Source: Candidatus Aminicenantia bacterium (GTDB taxonomy: Bacteria > Acidobacteriota > Aminicenantia > JdFR-78). From it: a stretch of 59,273 nt of DNA. The DNA lies in assembly GCA_046760445.1 (NCBI GenBank), contig JBHIEE010000003.1:1-59273 (forward strand), read 5' to 3'. This document shows, piece by piece, positions 9,103-18,603 of the stretch (position 1 is the stretch's first letter; each line of letters opens with the position of its first letter). The notes under the pieces are model-generated. The model did no database searches. It was given only the letters and a program-made list of their open reading frames with translations, and was not told where the DNA came from. The translations under genes were made by a program, and so were the position numbers.

Positions 9103-10368
9103 TTAATTAGAAATGAGTTCTCCTCTTGTTTCAGAGGGTGTAACCTGAATAATTTTAATCTCTTTTTCCTGTCCTTCTTTTAATTTGTCATTTCCATTGG
9201 CTTTAATATTTAAATAATTATAAGTTAGAATCTGAACTGAGTTCTGTTCTTTTTTAGTGATAATTCCCTTTAAATTTTTATTAACAAATTTTTTTCTGAA
9301 TTCGAAGTTTTTCTTTTTAGAAAGTTCTCTTAAAATTCTTGCTCGTTCTTTTTTAATTCGACCATTAATCTGAGGAAATCTAAAAGCTGGTGTTCCTGGC
9401 CTGGGAGAAAAAGGGAAAATATGAAAATAAGTAAGGGGTGAGCTTTCTAAAAAATTATAAGTCTGGTTAAAATCTTCCTCAATTTCTCCAGGAAATCCAA
9501 CAATAATATCTGCTCCCAGAGAAGCTTCAGGAGAGAGTTTAAAGAAAGTACTTAAAATGTCCCGATACTGATTAATGGTTGAGTGTCGCCCCATTCTTTC
9601 TAAAAGCTTATTTGAACCTGATTGGAAGGAAAGGTGGAAATGAGGAGCTATTTTTTGATTTGAACTCAGGTAAGAAATAAAATCAGAGTTTAAAAAACGT
9701 GGGTCTAATGAACTTAATCTTATTTTATTTAATCCATCTAATTTTTCGATTCTTTTTAACAATTCAAATAATGAACTCCGAGGAGTTAAGTCCAGCCCGT
9801 ATGAGCAAAGATGGATTCCCGTGAGAATAATTTCTTTAAAACCTTGAGTGATATACTTTTTAATTTGATTCAAGATTCCTGGTAAAGGTTTACTTCGGCT
9901 TTTTCCCCTCACAGAAGGGATAATACAAAAGGTACATAGAAAATTGCAGCCATCTTGAATTTTAACAAATGCCCTTGATCTGAATGACTTAACGCATTTT
10001 AGATGATCTTTTGAATTTCTTAAATTATAATCAAGGCATTGAATTATTCTCGAGGGAATTTGTTCTTTCTCACTGTTCTTAAATAAAGCCCACACTTCAG
10101 GCATTAATTGGAATTGCTCGAAGGAGCGGTCAGCATAACAGCCCGTTAATACTATTTTTATTTCTGGGTTCTCGCGGTAGATTTTTCTAATTAGTTTTCT
10201 TGCTTCTTGGTCAGCTTTTGAGGTAAGAGTGCAAGTATTAACTATCACAATGTTACTTTGGGAAGAGTCTTTAGCCCATTCAAATCCTTTTTCTTGTAGA
10301 ATTTCAACCCAAGAAAAGACTTCAGCCTGATTCACTCGGCAACCAAAATTTTCTATACTAAATCTCAT
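9103..10368 (-). CDS. mtaB: tRNA t6A37 methylthiotransferase MtaB
   Basis: GCRVNQAE, NTC, GCYA, radical SAM CNFLCTFC (KIQDGC), SRS motif. Confidence 0.88.
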   Translation of the reverse strand: MRFSIENFGCRVNQAEVFSWVEILQEKGFEWAKDSSQSNIVIVNTCTLTSKADQEARKLIRKIYRENPEIKIVLTGCYADRSFEQFQLMPEVWALFKNSEKEQIPSRIIQCLDYNLRNSKDHLKCVKSFRSRAFVKIQDGCNFLCTFCIIPSVRGKSRSKPLPGILNQIKKYITQGFKEIILTGIHLCSYGLDLTPRSSLFELLKRIEKLDGLNKIRLSSLDPRFLNSDFISYLSSNQKIAPHFHLSFQSGSNKLLERMGRHSTINQYRDILSTFFKLSPEASLGADIIVGFPGEIEEDFNQTYNFLESSPLTYFHIFPFSPRPGTPAFRFPQINGRIKKERARILRELSKKKNFEFRKKFVNKNLKGIITKKEQNSVQILTYNYLNIKANGNDKLKEGQEKEIKIIQVTPSETRGELISN

Positions 10369-10865
10369 CTAAATTTTTCTTTCAATTTTTCAGATTTTTC
10401 AACTATTCTTTTGGACATTTCTTTACGATAAGCAATTAATTTCTCTTTTAACTCAGAATTTTTCAGACTTAAAATTTGAATAGCCAGGAAGGCGGCATTG
10501 ACTGCTCCTGATTTTCCAATACCCATAGTTGCCACGGGCACTCCTTTTGGCATTTGGACAGTAGAGAGAAGAGCATCAATCCCTTTTAAGCCCGAATTAT
10601 CTATTGGTACTCCTATTACAGGAAAATAAGTATGTGCTGCTATAAATCCAGCTAAATGAGCTGCCCCCCCTGCGGCAGCAATAAAAACTTCGACTCCTTC
10701 TTTTTCTGCTTTATTAATTAAATCTGCTGTTCTTTGAGGAGTTCGATGGGCAGAAGTTATCTCTAAGATAAAAGGCACCTCGAATTCTTTTAAAATATTG
10801 ATGGTTTCTTCAATTATCGGATAATCAGAATCGCTGCCAATAAAAATGGCTATTTTTTCTTTCAT
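10365..10865 (-). CDS. purE: N5-CAIR mutase
   Basis: GSDSD, SAHRTP, AAHLAG, VQMPKGVPVAT. Confidence 0.96.
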   Translation of the reverse strand: MKEKIAIFIGSDSDYPIIEETINILKEFEVPFILEITSAHRTPQRTADLINKAEKEGVEVFIAAAGGAAHLAGFIAAHTYFPVIGVPIDNSGLKGIDALLSTVQMPKGVPVATMGIGKSGAVNAAFLAIQILSLKNSELKEKLIAYRKEMSKRIVEKSEKLKEKFR

Positions 10866-12148
10866 TATTTTTCTCCTGGTGATTCTTCACGACCAATATC
10901 TTTTCTATAATGCATTCCTTCAAAATTAATAAAGGAAATAGCTTGATAAATATTTTCCATTGCTTCAGCCAAGGTTGAATCTGTTGAACAAACTCCTAAA
11001 ACTCTGCCTCCATTAGTTACTAATTGGCCATTTGAAAATTTCGTTCCTGCATGGAAAAGCACTATCTTCTCAAGGGAAGCTACTTTGTCTAAGCCGGTAA
11101 TAACTTTCCCTGTTTGGTATTTTCCGGGATATCCTTCTGAAGTTAAAGCCACACATCCCGATGGTTTTTCGCTCCATTTAATTTCTTTTTCTAAAAGATT
11201 TTCGTGGTAAGTAGCTAAGAGAATTTCCAACAAATCACTTTCCAGCCGAAGAACCTGAGGTTGAGTTTCTGGATCCCCAAATCGGCAGTTAAACTCAAGG
11301 ACTTTCGGTCCATCTTTAGTTAAAATTAGTCCAGCATAAAGAACTCCTTTAAATTTTCTTCCTTCTTCAAGCATACCACTTATTGTCGGAAAAATTATCT
11401 TATCAATTATTATTTGGAAAGTATGAGAATCAACAAAAGGAGAAGGAGAAATAGCTCCCAGACCTCCTGTATTAGGTCCTTTATTTCCGTCATAAACTTT
11501 CTTGTAATCCATAGTAGTTACCAAAGGCAAAATCCTTTTCCCATCAGTAATAACGATGAAAGAGACTTCTTTTCCCGTTAGGAATTCTTCAATCACCACT
11601 CTTTCACCAGCTTGGCCGAATTTTTTTTCAGCCATCATTAAGTTAATTGTTTTTTCTGCTTCTTCTAAATTGTGACAAATAATTGCTCCTTTCCCAGCAG
11701 CTAATCCGTCAGCTTTAATAACCAGGGGGAAAGAAGATTTCTTGGAAGTAACTATTTCCAGAGCTTCTTCAGCTGAATTTCCAATTTTATATTTTGCTGT
11801 AGGAATCTTATGTCGAGTCATAAACTCTTTGGCGAAGACTTTACTTCCTTCAAGTTCAGATGCTTTTTTGTTTGGTCCAAAAATCTTTGAACCTTTGCTT
11901 TCAAATTCATCGACAATACCTAAGGTTAAAGGAAGCTCAGGGCCAACCACAGTAAAATCTATTTTTTTCTCTAAGACATATTCAGATAGTTCAACAATAT
12001 TGCTGGGATCAATTGGAACATTGGTAGCAATTTGTTCTGTTCCTCCATTGCCTGGAATACAATATAGTTCATCAACCAATGAACTTTGACTAATTTTCCA
12101 TGCCAGGGCATGCTCTCTGCCACCTGAGCCAACTACTAATACTTTCAT
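10865..12148 (-). CDS. purD: Phosphoribosylamine-glycine ligase
   Basis: GSGGREHALAW, KADGLAAGKG, GPNTGG, EFNCRFGDPE. Confidence 0.97.
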   Translation of the reverse strand: MKVLVVGSGGREHALAWKISQSSLVDELYCIPGNGGTEQIATNVPIDPSNIVELSEYVLEKKIDFTVVGPELPLTLGIVDEFESKGSKIFGPNKKASELEGSKVFAKEFMTRHKIPTAKYKIGNSAEEALEIVTSKKSSFPLVIKADGLAAGKGAIICHNLEEAEKTINLMMAEKKFGQAGERVVIEEFLTGKEVSFIVITDGKRILPLVTTMDYKKVYDGNKGPNTGGLGAISPSPFVDSHTFQIIIDKIIFPTISGMLEEGRKFKGVLYAGLILTKDGPKVLEFNCRFGDPETQPQVLRLESDLLEILLATYHENLLEKEIKWSEKPSGCVALTSEGYPGKYQTGKVITGLDKVASLEKIVLFHAGTKFSNGQLVTNGGRVLGVCSTDSTLAEAMENIYQAISFINFEGMHYRKDIGREESPGEK

Positions 12149-12258
12149 TTTTTCTCCTTGAACTAAATGTTCAATTTTAAATTATTCTGGCAAAAAAAGA
12201 ACAAATAGTCAAGCTCGCGAAAGAAAGAAGTTTTACATATGAATTTACTAATTTTTGA

Positions 12259-12286
12259 TTGACTTAAAATTAATAATTGATATAAT
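12259..12286 (+). promoter_or_regulatory. sigma70 promoter with extended -10
   Basis: TTGACT-16-TATAAT with TG at 12278-12279. Confidence 0.65.
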
Positions 12287-12315
12287 ACACTCTAATTTTA
12301 ACCAGGAAGAAAGAA

Positions 12316-12936
12316 ATGAAATTCTTACCAAAAGGTAAAAAATTTTTTGAATTATTCAATGAACAAGCAGACAATTTAGTTAAGGCAGGCGCTTTGATTC
12401 AAGAAATTATGAGTGATTTTGAGAAAATTGAAGAATTCTCTCAAAAACTGTCTGATTTAGAACATCAAGCTGACGATGTAACCCACGAAATAATAGATAT
12501 GTTAAACCGGACATTTATCACACCTATTGATAGAGAAGATATTCATTCCCTTTCCCAAGAATTAGATGATATTATCGATTTAATCCATGAGGCAGTGCAT
12601 AACACCATTCTTTATCAGATAAAGAAGCCAACTGATTATATGAAAGAAATGGTCGATGTTTTAGTCCAAGCCCTAGATGTGGTTCATAAAGCACTTAAAT
12701 CTTTAAAGGATTTTAAAAACCCAAAAGTGTTATTAAATTATTGCATAGAAATAAATAGACTGGAAAATGTGGGTGATTCTCTCTTGCGAAAAGCTATGGA
12801 AGGTTTGATGATCCAACGAGAGGATTGTTTTGAGTTGCTCAGATGGAAGGAGATTTATGACTCTTTAGAAGAGGCCATAGATAAATGTGAGGATGTGGCG
12901 AATATCATAGAAGGGATTGTAATTAAAAATACATAA
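12316..12936 (+). CDS. DUF47/PhoU-like Pit accessory protein
   Basis: EHQAD, TFITPIDREDI, ENVGD, DKCEDVA; directly upstream of pit. Confidence 0.92.
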   Translation: MKFLPKGKKFFELFNEQADNLVKAGALIQEIMSDFEKIEEFSQKLSDLEHQADDVTHEIIDMLNRTFITPIDREDIHSLSQELDDIIDLIHEAVHNTILYQIKKPTDYMKEMVDVLVQALDVVHKALKSLKDFKNPKVLLNYCIEINRLENVGDSLLRKAMEGLMIQREDCFELLRWKEIYDSLEEAIDKCEDVANIIEGIVIKNT

Positions 12937-12953
12937 TAACTTGGATAACGTAA

Positions 12954-13946
12954 TTGTCTGAATTTGTTATCATAATAATTATCATCATCTTAGCTTGGAC
13001 TTATGATTTCTTCAATGGCATGAATGATTGCGCCAATGCCATTGCCACTTCGGTTTCTACTAAGGCTCTACCTCCTTTATCAGCTGTTGCTTTATCTGCT
13101 ACCATGAATATTGCAGGAGCTTTGATTACAACAAGAGTGGCTAAAACTATAGGTAAAGGGATTGTAAATCCATCTATTATTGGACCATTAGTTGTTATTT
13201 CAGCTTTAATTGGAGCTGTCATCTGGGTAGCTTTTTGTACTTATTCTGGAATTCCTATCAGCATTACTCACTCATTAGTTGGTGGAATAATGGGTGCAGT
13301 CATTGTTTCTCACGGATTTTCAGCCTTAAAAATGGCGGGACTGAAGAAAGTCTTTTATGCTATGCTTTTATCTCCTATTGCTGGTTTCACTGTGGGGTTT
13401 ATTATAATGATAATAATGATTCGGATATCACAGAATGCAGTACCAAATAAAGCAAATAAAATTTTTAGATCCTTGCAGATAATTTCTGCTTCCTTTATGG
13501 CTTTTTCCCATGGATCCAATGATGCCCAGAATGCTATGGGTATCATTACCATGGGATTAGTCGTAGAAGGATTTATTAGCACTTTTCATGTTCCCATATG
13601 GGTCATTTTAGGTTCAGCTTTTTTTATCGGCTTAGGCACTTTTATAGGAGGCTGGAGGGTGATCAGAACGATGGGACAGAGAATGGTGAAACTCGAACCC
13701 GTTCACGGGTTTAGTGCTGAAACATCTTCAGCTGCAGTTATTATCTTCAATTCCTTTATCGGAGCGCCGATTAGCACTACTCATATCATTTCCACAGCTA
13801 TCATGGGAGTGGGATCCACTCGCAAGTTCTCAGCCGTGAAATGGGGAGTTGTATTTCACATTGTTTTAACCTGGATTTTTACCATTCCTGGAGCTGCTTT
13901 CCTTTCAGCTCTTTCTTATTTTCTTATTGACTTTTGGGTGGGATAA
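12954..13946 (+). CDS. pit: Inorganic phosphate transporter, PiT family
   Basis: NGMNDCANAIAT and HGSNDAQN signatures, PISTTH. Confidence 0.92.
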   Translation: MSEFVIIIIIIILAWTYDFFNGMNDCANAIATSVSTKALPPLSAVALSATMNIAGALITTRVAKTIGKGIVNPSIIGPLVVISALIGAVIWVAFCTYSGIPISITHSLVGGIMGAVIVSHGFSALKMAGLKKVFYAMLLSPIAGFTVGFIIMIIMIRISQNAVPNKANKIFRSLQIISASFMAFSHGSNDAQNAMGIITMGLVVEGFISTFHVPIWVILGSAFFIGLGTFIGGWRVIRTMGQRMVKLEPVHGFSAETSSAAVIIFNSFIGAPISTTHIISTAIMGVGSTRKFSAVKWGVVFHIVLTWIFTIPGAAFLSALSYFLIDFWVG

Positions 13947-14031
13947 TTTTATATAACTATATTCAAATGTTTCTTTTTTTAACCCTAGGATAAGAGTATG
14001 CCTCTACACGTTAATGAGGAGCTTTTATATT

Positions 14032-14619
14032 TTAATCTTTATCTCTCAACCATCCAGGAAGAGCGCCCTCTTTTTTTGCCTGAATCAAGAATTTTTCCAG
14101 CTCTTCTTTTGCTCGAGCTTCTTCTTTTTGAGCTTGGAGTAATTTCTGATAAGTCTGACTAATTTCCATTTGGATTTTGTCTCGAGAGGTCATATCATCC
14201 ATAGAATAATATTCCTGCCACAAGCCGTTCATTCTAGTGGTCAAGAGGTCAACGAATTCTTTAGTTTTTTTCCATCTATTTTTATACTCTGCCTTCCGGT
14301 CTTTCCAGAATTGTTCTTCTTTTTTCCTTAGTTGATTACTCATAGACAGAGGACTAACCTCGCGAACTGATTTCTTCTTTTCAGGAAAATAGGTCTCACG
14401 AAGAGATGTAGAAGCCTCAGAAAATCTTTGGACAATTATTGCTTCTTTCCCTCGGTAGTCAGCCAAATTAGAGTTAGTGATTACCTTAGTTTTTTCGCTT
14501 TTGAGCTTAGCCCTTCTTTCTTTTTCTTTTTTAGCAATTTCAACTAAGTCTTGAGAGAAAAGTAAACTACTAGTCAAAATGAAGGATAAACTCAATATTA
14601 ATATTTTTTTTATTTTCAT
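14032..14619 (-). CDS. Hypothetical exported coiled-coil protein
   Basis: Signal peptide, DLVEIAKKEKERR...VITN, C-terminal GALPGWLR, GAGGA RBS. Confidence 0.75.
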   Translation of the reverse strand: MKIKKILILSLSFILTSSLLFSQDLVEIAKKEKERRAKLKSEKTKVITNSNLADYRGKEAIIVQRFSEASTSLRETYFPEKKKSVREVSPLSMSNQLRKKEEQFWKDRKAEYKNRWKKTKEFVDLLTTRMNGLWQEYYSMDDMTSRDKIQMEISQTYQKLLQAQKEEARAKEELEKFLIQAKKEGALPGWLRDKD

Positions 14620-14683
14620 TTTTTTCCTCTATTTTTTCTGGAATCTATTTTTATAATAAAGATAATTTCTTTTTTTGTCAAAT

Positions 14684-17062
14684 CTAATTATCAGAAGCTT
14701 TTCTGGTAAATATTCTTTGGCCATCAGAAGAAATTTCTATTGCCCCGTCTAAATCAGTGCGAAATATTTTAATCCCTTGATTTAGATAGCGACTAATTAC
14801 CTCTTCATCTGGGAATTTAAACCGATTATGTAGCGCAACAGAGATGACTACTATTTCAGGGTTAACCCTTTTTAAAAATTCATCTGAACTTGATGTTTTG
14901 CTTCCATGATGAGGAGATTTTAAAATATTCGTTGCAATGTCATCTACATTTTCTAAAATTTCTTTTTCTGCTTTTACACCAATGTCTCCGGTTAAAAGAA
15001 AAGATACCTGGTAATAGGAAATCCTAAGAACTAAAGAATGATCATTGTGGGCAAAAAGCGGAAGCGGATAAGTCTCCTCTGGATGTAGAACCTCAATTAA
15101 GATTTCTCCTTCTTTTATTTTATTTCCTCGAGACATCTTCTTTAACTTCTTGCCTCGGGGTAAAGTCTGAAGAAATTGCTGGTAATATTTATCCTGCAGA
15201 GGACTGACTGATTCCCAGATCTGACCAATTTTAAAATTCTTCGCTATTGCTCTCAAGCCATTAATATGGTCAGGATGGGCATGAGTCAGGACTAAATAAT
15301 CTATTTTTTTAATTCCTTTTGACCAAAGAAAAGGAGAGACTACTTTTTCCCCAATGTCATACCGGTCATCATAGGTGCCTCCACCATCTACTAACATTTT
15401 CTTTTTTCCGGGAAATTCGACTAAAATAGATTCCCCCTGGCCAACGTCAATAAAGGTTAATTTTAGATTCTTACAATAAGAAGAAAAAGGATAGATTGTC
15501 AGAATGATAAGGAAAATAAGAAAACAAGCAGTGATGAACAGTCGTTGCTTCTTGATTTTTTGGGGTAACAAAAAAAGTGATAAGAATAAATAATAGCCAA
15601 GAATGATGAAAAGAAATGGAGTGGGAATTCGATAGGACAGAAATGAAATTTTATCAGCCAGATGGCTAATAATTATCAATAAATTAATTAAGACTTCTAG
15701 TCCTTGAGAAAATAAAAAAGCTACGGGAAAGCTGATAAAGGATATTGAAAAAAAGACGAATCCAAAAGCCATAATTAGACCCACTAGAGGAACAGCAATT
15801 AAGTTCAACAAAATAGAAGAAAAGGTTATCCGGTTAAAATAATAAGCAATTATTGGTAATACACCTAATTGAGCTGCCAGAGAAATACCAAATAATTCAC
15901 TTATTTTAAAAGGAAGTAAGGGCAAGAATTTAATTATCTTTGGAGCAAAGAGGATAATTGAAAAAGCAGCCAGGAAAGTTAGTTGAAAGCCCACATCAAA
16001 GAGATAAAAAGGATTAACCAAAAGAAGAAAAAAAGCACTAAAAGAAATAGTATTTACTAAATTAACATCCCTCCAGATTAGTTTTCCAATTAAAAAAGCA
16101 ATAGCCATGATAGTTGCTCTAATGACTGAAGGTCGGGATTCAACTAAGAAAGTATAACTAATTAATATAAGAATAAGTAAAAAATAGGAAACTCTACGAG
16201 GGACTTTCATCAGTTTAAAAATTAGAAATAAAAGGTAAGAGAGAATAGCAATATGAGCACCAGAAATAGCCAAAAGATGATAAATTCCTGCTTTTTGTAA
16301 AGAATAAGTGACTTCGTCTGGAATTCTTCTTCTTTCTCCTAAAAGAAGAGCCTCTAAAATTGCCCCTTCTTGTGAGAGAATTTTAACTCCAGGAATTTGA
16401 AAGCATTTTTCAATTTTTTTCTGAAGAAGGCTTCTTAAGACTGAGAGCTGATGAAAAATAGAGAATTTACTACCACTTTTAATTTTTTCAATTAGCAAAG
16501 GACTTTTAGTATAAGCACGGTGGTGAATTTTCCGAATTTTGAGAAATTTTTTTAAAGAAGGACGATTAAAATTGCGATAACCAGAAAGAGGCAATAATTT
16601 AGCTGAAACTTTTACTTCATCTCCAGCAAATAAATTTAATTCAGTGTCACTGATTTCTGATTTACGGACACTAATTCTCAAATTTCCTGTGACATTCTGT
16701 TCTTTATTTTGGTAAATTACTTTCTTTACTCTTAAATAAAGATAATCATTTACTGGGCCTTTTTGAGGAGATTTATATAAAATTCCATAAAAATCAGCAT
16801 ATTGAGTGAATTTAAGTTGATGAAGACTATTTTGTTCGAATTTTTCTGTATCGAGTATTTGAAGAGAAGCCCCAAAAATAATTAAACTGACCAGGATGGA
16901 GTAAAAGCAAATTTTATATTTTTTTGAAAAATAGAAAAGCCAGGATAAAAGAAAGAAAAAGACCAGCCCAGAAATCAAATATGAAATAGGTAAAGAAAAA
17001 TAAGAACCAATTAATATACCAAATATTAGAGTTATTGTCAGAAAAAGAAAAGGATATGACAT
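14684..17062 (-). CDS. comEC: DNA internalization competence protein ComEC/Rec2
   Basis: HLLAISGAH, GFQLTF, beta-lactamase-like THAHPDH, HHGS. Confidence 0.94.
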   Translation of the reverse strand: MSYPFLFLTITLIFGILIGSYFSLPISYLISGLVFFFLLSWLFYFSKKYKICFYSILVSLIIFGASLQILDTEKFEQNSLHQLKFTQYADFYGILYKSPQKGPVNDYLYLRVKKVIYQNKEQNVTGNLRISVRKSEISDTELNLFAGDEVKVSAKLLPLSGYRNFNRPSLKKFLKIRKIHHRAYTKSPLLIEKIKSGSKFSIFHQLSVLRSLLQKKIEKCFQIPGVKILSQEGAILEALLLGERRRIPDEVTYSLQKAGIYHLLAISGAHIAILSYLLFLIFKLMKVPRRVSYFLLILILISYTFLVESRPSVIRATIMAIAFLIGKLIWRDVNLVNTISFSAFFLLLVNPFYLFDVGFQLTFLAAFSIILFAPKIIKFLPLLPFKISELFGISLAAQLGVLPIIAYYFNRITFSSILLNLIAVPLVGLIMAFGFVFFSISFISFPVAFLFSQGLEVLINLLIIISHLADKISFLSYRIPTPFLFIILGYYLFLSLFLLPQKIKKQRLFITACFLIFLIILTIYPFSSYCKNLKLTFIDVGQGESILVEFPGKKKMLVDGGGTYDDRYDIGEKVVSPFLWSKGIKKIDYLVLTHAHPDHINGLRAIAKNFKIGQIWESVSPLQDKYYQQFLQTLPRGKKLKKMSRGNKIKEGEILIEVLHPEETYPLPLFAHNDHSLVLRISYYQVSFLLTGDIGVKAEKEILENVDDIATNILKSPHHGSKTSSSDEFLKRVNPEIVVISVALHNRFKFPDEEVISRYLNQGIKIFRTDLDGAIEISSDGQRIFTRKASDN

Positions 17063-17086
17063 AGAGAAAAAATAAAGGAGAGATTT

Positions 17087-18382
17087 TTAGTTGTCAAGTT
17101 TTTTATGGCTTTCTAAGTAATTCAATAATAGATGACACATTAATTTGATACCAAGAGGGATGCACTTTTCATCTCCATTGAAATAAGGAGTATGAAGCAT
17201 ATTAACTAATCCTTTTTCTTCATTTCTTACCCCTAAAAAGTAAAAGAAGCCCGGTACTTTAAGAGCGTAATAAGAAAAATCTTCAGCAAACATCTGAGGT
17301 TTAAGAAGAATGACATTCTGAGAACCAACTAATTTTTCTATAACTGAAATGGATTCTTTAACCAGATTTGGATCATTATTAACAGGAGGAGCTCCTTCAT
17401 TATATTTAAAAGTATAGTTAGCTCCATAACTTTCTGTAATTCCCTTGACTATTCGCTCCATTCGAGAGCGAACTTCCTGATTTGTTTTGGGGTTAAACAC
17501 TCTCACTGTTCCTACTAATTTAACCTTATCAGCGATAATATTAAAACGGTTACCACCTTCAATTATTCCCACAGATAACACAACTGGCTCTCGGGCGTCA
17601 ATTTGACGACTGGTGATGGTTTGAAAGGCTAAAACCACCTCAGAAGCAATAACAATAGGATCTATACCTAAGTGAGGAGAAGCGCCGTGAGTTTTTTTAC
17701 CCAAAACTTCTATTTCAAATCTATTGGCTTGAGCCATAAATGATTCTGGTTTGTAACCCATTGTGCTGACATCTAATAAAGGAAAAACATGGAGTCCAAA
17801 TATAACACTTACTTCCGGGTTTTTAAGAACTTCTTCCTTTATCATCAAGGATGCTCCTCCTTCTTCACCAGGAGGAGCCCCTTCCTCAGCAGGCTGAAAA
17901 ATAAACTTTATATTACCTTTGATTTTATCTTTTATTTTACTCAAGACAGTAGCTGTTCCCAATCCAATAGTGGTGTGAAAGTCATGACCGCAGGCATGCA
18001 TTACTCCTGGGTTTTTTGATTTATAGGGAACATTATTTAACTCTTGAATAGGTAAAGCATCCATATCTGCTCTTAGAGCTACCGTAATTCCTGACTCAGC
18101 TCCCTTAAGTAATCCTACTACTCCTGTATGAGCGATTCCTGTTTTAACTTCAAGCCCTAAAGACTTAAGATATCCTGCTACTAACTTTGAAGTCTCAAAT
18201 TCCCGATTACTTAACTCAGGATTTTGATGAAGCTGCCGCCGAATTTTCACTAAATTCTCTTTTATATTTTCTGTTTCTTGTTCAATTTTCTGTGAAGCAG
18301 ATTGATCAACGCCTAATAAGGTTAGAGAGAAAAATAAAACAAGAAAAATTAACCATAAATTTTTTATTCTGATTAGTCTCAT
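17087..18382 (-). CDS. M20D family amidohydrolase
   Basis: HQNPELS, RADMDAL, MHACGHD, QPAEE, EDFS; signal peptide. Start placed at ATG 18382 after AAGGAGA. Confidence 0.92.
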   Translation of the reverse strand: MRLIRIKNLWLIFLVLFFSLTLLGVDQSASQKIEQETENIKENLVKIRRQLHQNPELSNREFETSKLVAGYLKSLGLEVKTGIAHTGVVGLLKGAESGITVALRADMDALPIQELNNVPYKSKNPGVMHACGHDFHTTIGLGTATVLSKIKDKIKGNIKFIFQPAEEGAPPGEEGGASLMIKEEVLKNPEVSVIFGLHVFPLLDVSTMGYKPESFMAQANRFEIEVLGKKTHGASPHLGIDPIVIASEVVLAFQTITSRQIDAREPVVLSVGIIEGGNRFNIIADKVKLVGTVRVFNPKTNQEVRSRMERIVKGITESYGANYTFKYNEGAPPVNNDPNLVKESISVIEKLVGSQNVILLKPQMFAEDFSYYALKVPGFFYFLGVRNEEKGLVNMLHTPYFNGDEKCIPLGIKLMCHLLLNYLESHKKLDN

Positions 18383-18405
18383 AATTTCTCCTTTCATTAT
18401 TTTCT

Positions 18406-18434
18406 ATATTAGAAATGACTATAATTAATGTCAA
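18406..18434 (-). promoter_or_regulatory. sigma70 promoter for the amidohydrolase (divergent pair)
   Basis: Minus strand TTGACA-17-TAATAT. Confidence 0.55.
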
Positions 18435-18470
18435 GATAATTATGCTCGTAAGCTCGAAGGATTATTTATA

Positions 18471-18499
18471 TTGACATCTTTGTTATTTATTGATATTTT
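18471..18499 (+). promoter_or_regulatory. sigma70 promoter for the APC permease
   Basis: TTGACA-17-TATTTT with extended TG. Confidence 0.55.
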
Positions 18500-18539
18500 T
18501 TATAGCCGAAAATATATTTACTTAGTGACAAATTTAAAA

Positions 18540-18569
18540 AGTCGCAAGCATTGCTTACTGCTTGCGACT
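18540..18569. repeat. Perfect 11-bp stem hairpin, REP-like
   Basis: AGTCGCAAGCA-ttgcttac-TGCTTGCGACT. Confidence 0.8.
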
Positions 18570-18603
18570 CGGAACTTGGTGGTTGAAAAAGGAGGAATAA
18601 GCT

